A stretch of DNA of 64,000 nt from Deltaproteobacteria bacterium (GTDB lineage Bacteria > Myxococcota > XYA12-FULL-58-9 > JAFGEK01), in NCBI GenBank assembly GCA_016931625.1, contig JAFGEK010000219.1:24124-88123 (forward strand), in the 5' to 3' direction. The position numbers and the translations under genes were made by a program. The notes below the pieces were generated by a model, which was not told the origin of the DNA, searched no databases, and saw only the letters and a list, made by a program, of their open reading frames with translations. Below are positions 47,389 to 56,616 of this stretch, piece after piece (the stretch's first letter is position 1; each line of letters opens with the position of its first letter).

Positions 47389-47595
47389 CTCTTTTATTCT
47401 TTAGTTTAAGGAATATATAATCCATTCATGTCATAATAATTTATGCCTTCATACCCCCCAAAAAAAGTATTGAGCTAAATATAGATATTTCTAACTTGTT
47501 TATTAGCAATCGTGAAGTCAGATGCTATGAAAAGTCATTTAAGTATTGAGTAAAATTTGAAAATGCAAAAGATGTGATTACTAACTTGTTTAGAG

Positions 47596-48042
47596 TCAAG
47601 TTTCTGCAACGATCTGGACTTTTACTTCAGCGGTAACTGCTGCGCGTAACTTAATACCAACTTTAAAATCGCCAAGTTGTTTTAAAGGTTCTGGCAATAC
47701 TACTTTTTTACGATCGATATTAATGCCCTTTTCACTTAAGGCTTGTGCAATATCATGGCTCGTAACCGAACCAAACAACTTATCTTGCTCACCAACCTTA
47801 CGCGCAAATACAAGTGTCAAAGAGCTAACTTGCTTGGCAGCCTCTGCTGATAGAGCTTTAGCCTTTTGCAGACGAAATGATACAAGGCGTTTTTCATGTT
47901 CGAGTCGTGCTTTATTTTTGCTTGAAGCAGGAATGGCAACCTTATGTGGAATAAGAAAATTACGTCCAAATCCTGGCTTAACATTGACAAGATCACCGAT
48001 CTCGCCGAGGTTTGGTACATCCTCGATGAGAATGACTTCCAT
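47596..48042 (-). CDS. rplI: 50S ribosomal protein L9
   Basis: MEVILIEDVPNLGEIGDLVNVKPGFGRNFLIP. Confidence 0.96.
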   Translation of the reverse strand: MEVILIEDVPNLGEIGDLVNVKPGFGRNFLIPHKVAIPASSKNKARLEHEKRLVSFRLQKAKALSAEAAKQVSSLTLVFARKVGEQDKLFGSVTSHDIAQALSEKGINIDRKKVVLPEPLKQLGDFKVGIKLRAAVTAEVKVQIVAET

Positions 48043-48066
48043 GGTATTCTCCTTAGCTAACTTCTA

Positions 48067-48348
48067 TCAGGCCCCGCTTACCATATATGGTAATAGTGCT
48101 AATTGACGTGCACGTTTAACTGCTTCGGTAACTTTGCGTTGATGTTTTGCACAATTGCCCGAAATACGTCTTGGCACAATTTTGCCTCGCTCACTAATGA
48201 AATATTTTAGTGAGGCGGCATCACGGTAATCAATAGCGATTTCTTTCTCGCTACAAAACCTGCATGCACGACGTCTACGAAAATTGCCGCCACGCCCCCC
48301 ACGTTCATCAAGTTCGCCGCGCTCGCCATTCTTTATGTCTTCACTCAT
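48067..48348 (-). CDS. rpsR: 30S ribosomal protein S18
   Basis: CRFC....IDYRD...[24 protein letters not shown]...A.KRAR.LALLPY. Confidence 0.96.
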   Translation of the reverse strand: MSEDIKNGERGELDERGGRGGNFRRRRACRFCSEKEIAIDYRDAASLKYFISERGKIVPRRISGNCAKHQRKVTEAVKRARQLALLPYMVSGA

Positions 48349-48369
48349 TAGCTGCTCCTCAACGAGTAT

Positions 48370-48843
48370 TTAGTCAGAAGTTAAGTCGTCCTCATCATCT
48401 ATTTCGTTCTCATCATCGAGATCCTCCTCGTATTCTTCGCTGCTATTTATTTCTTCAACAGCCTCTAATTTCTCTTCGCGTTCTGCTATATCATCAGACT
48501 CGTATTTTGGTTTAACATAAGTTTTTTCATCACGAGTCGTAGCATCAATCTCTATTGCCGTACGAATTGTCTCGTAACGTAAAATGCTGTCAGAAATGCG
48601 TAAATTACGCTCTAATTCAGCAACTAGACCTTTTTGGCCTAAATACTGGGTATGTATAAAAATACCACGCACTTGCTTTTTAATTTCATAAGCAAGTTTT
48701 TTCTTACCCCAATGATTGATTGCGATAAGCTTTCCACCTTGACTCTTAACTACCTCACGAACACGGTCGATAGTGCTTTCAATAGCTTCACCACTAAGAT
48801 CAGGACGCATCACCATCGTCGTTTCATACTCGGTCATCAACAT
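48370..48843 (-). CDS. rpsF: 30S ribosomal protein S6 with long acidic C-terminal tail
   Basis: YETTMVMRPDL...WGKKKLAYEIKK. The C-terminal ~45 residues are almost all Glu/Asp. Confidence 0.93.
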   Translation of the reverse strand: MLMTEYETTMVMRPDLSGEAIESTIDRVREVVKSQGGKLIAINHWGKKKLAYEIKKQVRGIFIHTQYLGQKGLVAELERNLRISDSILRYETIRTAIEIDATTRDEKTYVKPKYESDDIAEREEKLEAVEEINSSEEYEEDLDDENEIDDEDDLTSD

Positions 48844-48862
48844 TGTCTAGTCACTCCATAAG

Positions 48863-49435
48863 TCACGCATTGTTATCATGGCGGTTGAAATAATTCATCG
48901 CCACTTGCGTACCATCCTCGATAATACTCACGACCGCTTTAGCCGCTAAAGCAATCGCATCGTCTATATGGCTTTGCTCCCTTTTGTCAAAACTTGATAA
49001 CACATAATCAGCACCAGCCATGTTTATGCTCGGCTTGCCAATACCAAGCCGCACTCGCACAAACTCTTTTCCAACATGGGTAATGATCGAGCGCAGGCCA
49101 TTATGCCCACCATGACCACCACCAATCTTTATGCGCACCACACCTGGCGCAAAGTCGAGCTCGTCATGTACTACAATCAGATCTTTTAGATCTAACTTAT
49201 AATAATGCAGCAAACTTCCTACTGCATCGCCCGACAAATTCATATACGTCATGGGTTTAGCAAATAATACATCGCTAGACCCAATCGCTAATTTTACCAC
49301 CCGAGCACCAATAAGCGACTTCCATGAACAACAACCAATGCCGCTTACAATTTGGTCAAGAACACGAAACCCAACATTATGTCGGGTTTTTTCGTATTCT
49401 TTGCCCGGATTACCAAGGCCGACAACCAACAACAT
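48863..49435 (-). CDS. pth: Peptidyl-tRNA hydrolase
   Basis: LVVGLGNPGKEYEKTRHNVGF...GGHGGHNGLRSI. Confidence 0.96.
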   Translation of the reverse strand: MLLVVGLGNPGKEYEKTRHNVGFRVLDQIVSGIGCCSWKSLIGARVVKLAIGSSDVLFAKPMTYMNLSGDAVGSLLHYYKLDLKDLIVVHDELDFAPGVVRIKIGGGHGGHNGLRSIITHVGKEFVRVRLGIGKPSINMAGADYVLSSFDKREQSHIDDAIALAAKAVVSIIEDGTQVAMNYFNRHDNNA

Positions 49436-49463
49436 ATAACCTCACATGGTATTGTTTAGTTGG

Positions 49464-50144
49464 TTATTTCTTAGCCTTATCCTCCTTGACTTCACCCTTA
49501 TCAACCGCAGCCGGAGCCGCTGCTGTCGCTACCGCACCTTCAACAACTGCAGCTTCTGCTGCTGGTTGTGGTGTACTTTCTTCTTCAGCAGCTACCATTG
49601 TTGCAATAGTTTGGTCGAGACGACCATGAACCTTTACCCCTTCAGGTAAAGTAAGTTCACTAGCTTTTATCGAGTTACCAATATCTAAGGCAGATACATC
49701 AACCGTAATATTCTCTGGGATGGCAGTAGGAAGACATTCGACCTCAAGACGACGTACTATTTGCTGTAAAATGCCACCTGCCAACAATCCCGCTGGCTTA
49801 CCAATGAGTTCAACATGCACATCTACATGAATTGGTTTCTTCATATCAAGGGCATATAAATCTACATGCAAAGTGTTTTGCGTATATGGATCAATTTGTA
49901 TTTCACGTATCAGGGCTTTGAATGGAATCGAATCGCCCTCGACCTTGACATCATAAACATGGCTTGAGCCATATTGCTGACGTTGTAAACCAAATATATG
50001 TGGATCAAGCGCCAATAAACGTGTTGGTAAGTTTGGTCCATATGCAATTGCTGGAATTTGACCAGCTTTACGAATTTTATGGGTAGCGCCTTTACCACAG
50101 TTTAAACGTGGTTGCGCTTCAATAGTATCTGTCATTTGAGGCAT
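49464..50144 (-). CDS. rplY: 50S ribosomal protein L25/general stress protein Ctc
   Basis: GKGATHKIRKAGQIPAIAYG with the long Ctc-type form and an Ala-rich tail. The ATG at 50144 has an AAGGAG RBS, and the ORF-track start at 50180 overlaps prs and is probably too long. Confidence 0.92.
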   Translation of the reverse strand: MPQMTDTIEAQPRLNCGKGATHKIRKAGQIPAIAYGPNLPTRLLALDPHIFGLQRQQYGSSHVYDVKVEGDSIPFKALIREIQIDPYTQNTLHVDLYALDMKKPIHVDVHVELIGKPAGLLAGGILQQIVRRLEVECLPTAIPENITVDVSALDIGNSIKASELTLPEGVKVHGRLDQTIATMVAAEEESTPQPAAEAAVVEGAVATAAAPAAVDKGEVKEDKAKK

Positions 50145-50176
50145 AAACAAAGCTCCTTCTTTTCTTCTAAGCCGCC

Positions 50177-51127
50177 TCATACAAAAAGCGAGCTAACTGA
50201 TTCTCCTAGATGAATACGCCGCATAGCTTTGGCTATTAAAGGTGCTGTTGATAGCACCGCAATCTTGCTACTAGCCATCGCTTCTTCACGCATGGGTACA
50301 GTATCTGTAACAACAAACTGATCTATTGGCGAACGTTCAATACGTTCCATCGCCGGACCAGAAAAAACTGCATGTGTTGTATATGCAAAAACACGACGAG
50401 CACCCTTATCTTTTAGCGCGCTGGCTGCTTCTGTCACTGTCCCTGCAGTATCGACCATATCATCGACTAAAATAGCATCTAGACCCTCTACCTCACCAAT
50501 AAGATTCATAATTTTGGCAATATTCGGTTGTGGCCGACGTTTGTCAACAATAGCTAACATAGCACCATGACGCTTAGAAAAAGCTCGGGCACGTTCGACG
50601 CCACCTGCATCAGGAGACACTATTACTGATTCTTCAGGTGAGTGAAACTCTTTCATGTGCTCAAGTAACACTGGCATGGCAAATAGATTATCAACTGGAA
50701 TATTAAAAAAACCTTGGATTTGCCCTGCATGCAGATCAATAGAAAGCACCCGCGTAGCACCAGCAGTTGTAATAATATCGCTAACTAACTTAGCAGTAAT
50801 TGGGGTTCGAGGCGCAGCTTTGCGATCTTGGCGTGCATATCCATAATACGGAATAACCGCACAAATACTATTTGCTGATGCACGTTTTAATGCATCTATC
50901 ATTATCAGCAATTCAATTATGTGATCATTTGCAGGCGATGATGTCGATTGAATAACAAAAACTTCGGCACCACGTACATTTTCGCCAATCTCGACGAACA
51001 TTTCACCATCAGAAAAGCGAACATTACGAGCTGCACCTAAAGGTACATCAAGGCACTCGCATATCTTGCGCGCAAGCTGCGGATTAGAGCTCCCGGCAAA
51101 GATTTTTATGTTATGTTCACTCGGCAT
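50177..51127 (-). CDS. prs: Ribose-phosphate pyrophosphokinase
   Basis: IKIFAGSSNPQLA...FSDGE, YYGYARQDRK and DLHAGQIQGFF. The start is taken at the ATG at 51127 (MPSEH). Confidence 0.96.
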   Translation of the reverse strand: MPSEHNIKIFAGSSNPQLARKICECLDVPLGAARNVRFSDGEMFVEIGENVRGAEVFVIQSTSSPANDHIIELLIMIDALKRASANSICAVIPYYGYARQDRKAAPRTPITAKLVSDIITTAGATRVLSIDLHAGQIQGFFNIPVDNLFAMPVLLEHMKEFHSPEESVIVSPDAGGVERARAFSKRHGAMLAIVDKRRPQPNIAKIMNLIGEVEGLDAILVDDMVDTAGTVTEAASALKDKGARRVFAYTTHAVFSGPAMERIERSPIDQFVVTDTVPMREEAMASSKIAVLSTAPLIAKAMRRIHLGESVSSLFV

Positions 51128-51168
51128 GCATGCCAAACCTTGTTAATACCACCCAAAAAACCACGAAG

Positions 51169-51245
51169 TGGCTGGGGCGCCAGGATTTGAACCTGGGAAT
51201 GTCGGAATCAAAATCCGATGCCTTACCAAGCTTGGCTACGCCCCA
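51169..51245 (-). tRNA. tRNA-Gln (anticodon UUG), CCA encoded
   Basis: The minus-strand read TGGGGCGTAGCCAAGCTTGGTAAGGCATCGGATTTTGATTCCGACATTCCCAGGTTCAAATCCTGGCGCCCCAGCCA folds as a cloverleaf. The anticodon loop is TTTTGAT. It closely parallels E. coli tRNA-Gln. Confidence 0.93.
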
Positions 51246-51454
51246 ATACGCTCACCTAATCGCTTCAACACCTAGCAAAGAGCGCGCAGAAGTAGCAATT
51301 ACCGTGAACTGTGTCAATATCAGCGAGCAATATGGCTGCTTGGCTGACAAAAAGCCGCGATCGTCCAATTACTTAGCAAATTCGTAATCGGTAATTAAAG
51401 CCTGGCCCTGATAAGTTCGATGGCAATAACCGACGCCCTAATAGAGCATTAAAA

Positions 51455-51476
51455 AGCCCGAGTCTAGGCTCGGGCT
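51455..51476 (-). terminator. Rho-independent terminator downstream of the repeat lipoprotein gene
   Basis: The minus strand reads agcccgag-cctaga-ctcgggct followed by TTTTT (8-bp GC-rich stem plus T-run). Confidence 0.7.
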
Positions 51477-51502
51477 TAATAATAAAATTAATCATAACAA
51501 AC

Positions 51503-51517
51503 TAGGGGGTGTCCCTA
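51503..51517. repeat. Solo copy of the tagggggtgtcccta motif
   Basis: The 17-nt string ctagggggtgtccctaa is identical to the one at 26353-26369. It lies between the lipoprotein stop and its terminator. Confidence 0.7.
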
Positions 51518-51522
51518 ATTAT

Positions 51523-52134
51523 TTATTTTTTTGCTTTACGTTTACCTTTTTTAGCAGCTTTACCAGGTTTTTTAGAGGGTTTCTCTGAAAATTGCGCAGC
51601 ATTAATTTTCCAACCATCAGCTGTTTTGCTTAGCGGTATTTCAATTTTTTTGGCTTTTTTCCCTTTGCCCTGAGCCAGCGGAACCATAGCCGCATCACCC
51701 TCGACCACTGGTTCTCCAGCAGTACCCTTCGCTAATGCTGCAACCAGACGTTTTTTAGCTTTTGCTGGTGCTATTTCACCTTCAATTAAAGCATTAAGTG
51801 CTTCTTGGTCTTTGCCTTTGGCGGCAGCAATAGCTTTTTCAATAACCACTTTAGGGGAAACCTCGGGTTCTGCAGGAGAAAAAGCTACTGCTTTGTCAGC
51901 GGTTGCGCCTTCGGCGGCTGGTTTATCAGTAGCAGCGCCTTCAGCAGCTGGTTTGTCAGTAGCAGCGCCTTCGGCAGCTGCTTTGTCAGCGGTTGCGCCT
52001 TCGGCGGCTGGTTTATCAGCGGCAGCGCCTTCGGCAGCTGGCTGCTCTGCTGCTTGCTCACCCTCTTGACAAGCGTACAAACCAAAAACCGACATGGATA
52101 ACGATAGCACACCGACAAGAACGCGCAGCTTCAT
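51523..52134 (-). CDS. Lipoprotein with Ala/Glu-rich decapeptide repeats and Lys-rich C-terminus
   Basis: Lipobox FGLYAC. Five repeats of AAEGA(A/T)(A/T)DK(P/A). The C-terminus is KKPGKAAKKGKRKAKK. Confidence 0.7.
   Translation of the reverse strand: MKLRVLVGVLSLSMSVFGLYACQEGEQAAEQPAAEGAAADKPAAEGATADKAAAEGAATDKPAAEGAATDKPAAEGATADKAVAFSPAEPEVSPKVVIEKAIAAAKGKDQEALNALIEGEIAPAKAKKRLVAALAKGTAGEPVVEGDAAMVPLAQGKGKKAKKIEIPLSKTADGWKINAAQFSEKPSKKPGKAAKKGKRKAKK
51899..52048. repeat. Tandem 30-bp coding repeat, ~5 units (units 1 and 4 identical)
   Basis: gcggttgcgccttcggcggctggtttatca and variants were read directly. They encode the decapeptide repeats. Confidence 0.85.
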
Positions 52135-52314
52135 GAAATGGCTCCTTAATGACTCGACAAAGTATCGAGTGATAAAGCTAAAGTTGTGGTACCTACTAAA
52201 ACTAATATTACAAACTCGTACTTAAGAAACATAATTAAATCAAGTTAGCCGCACTATTGGCTGTAAGCAATCTTTGTTTCACGTTCTTTAAAAAATCTTA
52301 AAGCAAGAAAGTAC

Positions 52315-52341
52315 GCGCCTCACAAATAAATTGTGAGGCGC
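52315..52341 (-). terminator. Stem-loop 17 nt downstream of hpf stop (10-bp perfect stem)
   Basis: gcgcctcaca-aataaat-tgtgaggcgc. The T-run on the minus strand is interrupted (gtactttcttgcttt). Confidence 0.5.
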
Positions 52342-52357
52342 ATTTTAACAAGGATAG

Positions 52358-52789
52358 TTATGAGTGCGCCATCGCTGTTTCGTATTGTTGAACTTCATCC
52401 TCCCAAGTTTCGCGTGCGGTAGTCATATTTTTCCGTGCTGTTTCAGCCCTCGCTTTCTTGGCTTGTTTGCGACGATTACTAGTATTTAAGCGACGATCAC
52501 GCTCACGTTTAACCTGTTCGAGCAAACGATCGTGAGCTAGATCAATGGCTTTATACATATCTTCATCTACCTCAACTAAATTAATTGTTTTGCCTCTAGG
52601 CATTACTACAGTTACTCGACATTCTTTATTCTTGCCATCACGGACATGACCAATCGCGTTAAGCTCTATATCAATACGCATAGACGGTTTATCAATAATA
52701 CGCATTAGAGCATTTCCAAGCTTCTGTTCTGCATGCTCCTTTAATGATGGAGTAAGATTCATATGCCGAGCCTTTACGATTACTATCAT
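52358..52789 (-). CDS. hpf: Ribosome hibernation promoting factor (HPF/RaiA family) with basic C-terminal extension
   Basis: IVKARHMNLTPSLKEHAEQKL ... ECRVTVVMPRGKTINLVEVDEDMYKAIDLAHDRLLEQV matches the sigma-54-modulation-protein/S30EA family. Confidence 0.88.
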   Translation of the reverse strand: MIVIVKARHMNLTPSLKEHAEQKLGNALMRIIDKPSMRIDIELNAIGHVRDGKNKECRVTVVMPRGKTINLVEVDEDMYKAIDLAHDRLLEQVKRERDRRLNTSNRRKQAKKARAETARKNMTTARETWEDEVQQYETAMAHS

Positions 52790-53164
52790 GCATGTCTCCT
52801 AGAACTGGTACTTAAAGACCAACGACAACCTGTCGTTGGCCAAAATAAATGAAGAAAATTTGGAAGATAAAATAAAAGAAATGCTAGGTGGTTTAGCCAC
52901 AAGATGTGAAGTCCAGGCATAAAAGGCGCGCTGGCTTGCAACCAAAGCTCCCAATCCAAAACTTCTCTCCCCCAACTTTTATAGTTTAGCCTATGTGAAT
53001 TAGAATTACCTATAAATAAGATGAACCCCGGTACACATAGACGCAAGTATCTAATTAACGATTTTCCGTAAAAAAAAATTCCTTTTATTTTTCAAGAAAA
53101 TAGGACTTATCTATCGCTTATGAAGGCAGGGTAAACTTTTCGGGCGCGGCAAGCAACGCCCCTA

Positions 53165-53881
53165 CTAGTTCATTTGGGCGGTTTTGGGGGGTTCGCCAAC
53201 ACGTACCATTACTTCTGCCAGGCCATCGATTAACATTTGAATGCGGTTACGAACTTTTTGGGCGGCAAGTAGTTTTTGCTGCAGATCACTATCAGATATA
53301 ACTGCTGCAGCTAGTACATCAGCAATTTGTACAGGGTCAGGAGTTGAACGTAGAACTTCACCTAGCTGAGCATCTTTATCTTCTAAAGAAGTACGCAAAC
53401 TCATAATGCAACTTTCAAGACGTCCTAATTCAAGAGAAGCTTCTTCAAGATCTTTTTCAGTTGGTAAGGGCATAAGTTCAACATGAAATCGACGGTAGCG
53501 CTCTGAAGGTATTTCCTTAATAATATTCATACGTTGTACGCCCTGAATCAGCACATTATATGAATCATTGGCCAATTTTTCGGCATGAATAATTCTGCCA
53601 ACACAACCAACAGCACATACTTTTGCTAAAGATTCTGTTGGTCCACTGGTGGGATCAAGTCTAACAACACCAACAATAGCTTCACTAGCAATTGCATCTT
53701 CTAACAATAAAACTATATCACTATCAGTTACATGCAAGGGTAAAACAGTACCAGGAAACAACACTGTCGTTGCCATAGGCATGACAGCCAAGTGCGAAAA
53801 TATATTTGTGCCAAATTTTTCTTTATCCACGCTTGTAAGCGTTAACAAGGTAAAGAGTTGTGAGCAAGCAGGTATGTGCAA
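53165..53881 (-). CDS. LON substrate-binding (Lon N-terminal) domain protein
   Basis: VLFPGTVLPLHV...(PUA-like LON N domain). ~230 aa stand-alone form. The start is uncertain (53881 or 53782). Confidence 0.75.
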   Translation of the reverse strand: MHIPACSQLFTLLTLTSVDKEKFGTNIFSHLAVMPMATTVLFPGTVLPLHVTDSDIVLLLEDAIASEAIVGVVRLDPTSGPTESLAKVCAVGCVGRIIHAEKLANDSYNVLIQGVQRMNIIKEIPSERYRRFHVELMPLPTEKDLEEASLELGRLESCIMSLRTSLEDKDAQLGEVLRSTPDPVQIADVLAAAVISDSDLQQKLLAAQKVRNRIQMLIDGLAEVMVRVGEPPKTAQMN

Positions 53882-53932
53882 TATCTGCCTTTTTTTTGCA
53901 TGTGTGACAATGTATGTACTAAACTAGTTATT

Positions 53933-54241
53933 ATGGAGCAATTCTCCAACTTAGAAACGGTGCTATCGCGGATAGAAACTCGCCTGAGCGCCATAGAACA
54001 AAAAATCGACAGTTTGACCATGGCCCGGCGAAAATCCATGGAATGGATCGCGCAATTATCTGAGCATATAAATTCGCTTGATAGTTTTCGTGAAGAAGTA
54101 CGCGCCAGCCTTGAACCACTGTTTGCCAAAGTCGAAAGCTGCGAAGATAATGTTCGTATTCTTCGCCATGCAACTAGCGATATGTCACGACGGCTTGATG
54201 ACGCAGATAACCATCGCGTACATAAAGCTACGATTGTCTAA
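53933..54241 (+). CDS. Small coiled-coil hypothetical protein
   Basis: The start is taken at the ATG at 53933 (MEQFSNLETVLSRIETRLSAIEQKIDSL). The sequence is heptad-like. Confidence 0.45.
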   Translation: MEQFSNLETVLSRIETRLSAIEQKIDSLTMARRKSMEWIAQLSEHINSLDSFREEVRASLEPLFAKVESCEDNVRILRHATSDMSRRLDDADNHRVHKATIV

Positions 54242-54289
54242 ATTTATTTGTATTAGCTATAGCTTACCAATTCAGCCATAATTGCGGCA

Positions 54290-55609
54290 ATGACGCATAA
54301 CAAATACCCCGTTATTATTATTGGTGCAGGTATTACTGGTTTAGCAGCAGCACATGTGTTGGGTAAAAATTGCTGTGTTGTTGAACAAGAAAAAGAAGTA
54401 GGTGGTCTATTACGTTCTTTTACTCGTCATGGTTGTACTTTTGATATTACTGGTCATTGGCTGCATTTTCGTGATCGGCAAATTAAACAATTTGTACAAG
54501 ATATATTAGGGGATAATTTAATAAATATAGAGCGTCGCGCTTCTATTTATAGCAATGGCATCACCACCCCTTACCCCTTTCAGGCTAATACTTTTGGCCG
54601 ACCCGCTTCAGTTATTGCTGACTGTTTATTAGGTTATTTTGCCGCTCGTGAAAAATGCCCTCCGGCTGATACAACCAATAATCAAAATTCATTTGCAGAT
54701 TTCATTAATAACAAGCTTGGTTATGGTTTCGCCAAACATTTTATGACTCCATACAATACCAAGTTGTGGACAGTGCCTCCCAATGAATTTGATGCACGCT
54801 GGTGTGAACGATTTATCCCAACCCCTACTCCAGAAGAAGTAATATATGGCGCACTAGAACCAAGCGGCGCTGGGCATCGTCTTGGTTATAATGCGCAATT
54901 TTTATACCCAAAAAATGGAGGCATCGCACAATTAGTAAAAAAACTTAAAAATAAATGTACCGGCGCAATTTATACTGAAAGTACTGTAGTAAAAGTTGAT
55001 TGGAATAAACAACAACTAATCACCGCTAACGGTGAAGTGTTTGAATATAATAGTTTAATTTCAACAGCGCCACTTGATGCCTTAATAAATATGTTAATAG
55101 AACCACCCAATATAGTTATTGATGCCGCAAAAAACTTACGGGCAGCAAGTGTTACTTATTGGGATGTTGTTCTGGCAAATAAAAACCAAGCAAATGATGC
55201 GCATTGGACGTATTATCCTGATGCCGAAATAGCATTTTATCGCGTGGGTTCTCCATCGGCAGTATTGCCTTCACTTGCCCCGGGCTGCCGCACACTATGT
55301 GTTGAACTTAGTCATCCTCGCGGTTCAAACATAACTGTGACTACAGATAATATAATAGCAAGCTTACGTGCTGTTGGCCTGATAGCCAAAGATGAAACGC
55401 CAATATTATGTGAGCAAAATACTATTGAATGCGCTTATGTAATTATGGACCATAATTATGGTAAGTCTCGCAACAACGTTTTTGATTGGCTTAAAAATAA
55501 TAAAATTTTTTCAATAGGTCGCTATGGTAGTTGGACTTATGATTCAATGGAAGGTGCTATATTTGAAGGGCTGCAAACTGCAAAAGAAATATTGATCAAT
55601 TTTTGCTAA
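54290..55609 (+). CDS. FAD-dependent oxidoreductase (amine oxidase/protoporphyrinogen oxidase/UDP-galactopyranose-mutase-like fold)
   Basis: N-terminal dinucleotide-binding motif VIIIGAGITGLAAAHVL...VVEQE...GG. 439 aa. Confidence 0.75.
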   Translation: MTHNKYPVIIIGAGITGLAAAHVLGKNCCVVEQEKEVGGLLRSFTRHGCTFDITGHWLHFRDRQIKQFVQDILGDNLINIERRASIYSNGITTPYPFQANTFGRPASVIADCLLGYFAAREKCPPADTTNNQNSFADFINNKLGYGFAKHFMTPYNTKLWTVPPNEFDARWCERFIPTPTPEEVIYGALEPSGAGHRLGYNAQFLYPKNGGIAQLVKKLKNKCTGAIYTESTVVKVDWNKQQLITANGEVFEYNSLISTAPLDALINMLIEPPNIVIDAAKNLRAASVTYWDVVLANKNQANDAHWTYYPDAEIAFYRVGSPSAVLPSLAPGCRTLCVELSHPRGSNITVTTDNIIASLRAVGLIAKDETPILCEQNTIECAYVIMDHNYGKSRNNVFDWLKNNKIFSIGRYGSWTYDSMEGAIFEGLQTAKEILINFC

Positions 55610-56616
55610 TAAGGCGGTGGACAATACCACCATAACCATACCAACAGTAATAAACCTAAAAAAATCACACCTGCACCAAGTACTAAAGCTATATTTAATG
55701 TACTTTCAATCATAATAAATCCAATAGCCGCGCCAGCAATGCCCACCAAGTAAGTTGTTAAAGCAATTTGCCGTGCTGACCAACCACGATGTTGCAAACG
55801 CAAGGCAAAATGATCGCCACTACCATGCCATGGTGCAGCTCGGCGCACGATACGTGCCAAACTAACTAAAGCCATTTCTAAAATGGGAATAAATAATAAA
55901 ACTCCTGGCACAATTATACTAGCAATGTTTTGCCGTGTATAAGCGGCAATCATTGATAGTGCCGCCAGCATAAAACCAACTAAGAGACTACCAGCATCAC
56001 CGAGATAAATACGCGCTTTGGGAAAATTAAATTTTAAAAAACCAATAAGACTACCAGCAAGGGCCACAGCAGTGGTGGCAACTAGAATGTTGCCATTTCG
56101 CCATGCGATCCATCCTAAGGCCAATGCTGCAATCGCACCTACACCTGAGGCAAGACCGTCGGCAACATCTATAATATTAACAGCATTAGTTATGAAAACT
56201 AACCACAATACTGTAACTAAGTAGCTTAAACCTTCTGGCAATATTTCAAGTTGTACTGCAATACCGCTTTTAATAAGCACGAATGCCGCTAAAAATTGCC
56301 CGGCTAGTTTTAGCCAAGGCGGCAGCACCTTCATATCATCAAATAGACCAAGCATTACCATTATTGTGCTGCCAAGCAATAAACCCAATAGATAAGCGCT
56401 AAACTCATAAATTATGGCTAGGGTTATAAGAAAGGTGAGATAAATCGCTATACCACCTAAATATGGTATTGGTTCATGCTGACGCTTGAGCTTACCATCA
56501 GGATGATCAAGCACACCAAAACGCATTGCACCCTGGCGTACAATAGGAGTGAGATAAAGACTTAAAACTATGGCAAAAGTAAATGTTACGAATAAATGCA
56601 AGATACCTTGAGGCAT
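55606..56616 (-). CDS. Polyprenyl-phosphate N-acetylhexosamine-1-phosphate transferase (MraY/WecA GT4 family)
   Basis: Polytopic. Motifs LFDDMK, NAVNIIDVADGLA and YLGDAGSL. The ATG at 56616 overlaps the upstream stop (TGATG). Confidence 0.85.
   Translation of the reverse strand: MPQGILHLFVTFTFAIVLSLYLTPIVRQGAMRFGVLDHPDGKLKRQHEPIPYLGGIAIYLTFLITLAIIYEFSAYLLGLLLGSTIMVMLGLFDDMKVLPPWLKLAGQFLAAFVLIKSGIAVQLEILPEGLSYLVTVLWLVFITNAVNIIDVADGLASGVGAIAALALGWIAWRNGNILVATTAVALAGSLIGFLKFNFPKARIYLGDAGSLLVGFMLAALSMIAAYTRQNIASIIVPGVLLFIPILEMALVSLARIVRRAAPWHGSGDHFALRLQHRGWSARQIALTTYLVGIAGAAIGFIMIESTLNIALVLGAGVIFLGLLLLVWLWWYCPPPY

Noticed and set aside
52786-53046. 86-aa minus-strand ORF upstream of hpf
   Set aside because: It has no RBS and an odd composition (Trp/Leu/Phe-rich), and it overlaps the hpf start codon region. 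It is more likely the hpf 5' untranslated/promoter region, which contains the hairpin ccaacgac-aacct-gtcgttgg around 52817-52841.
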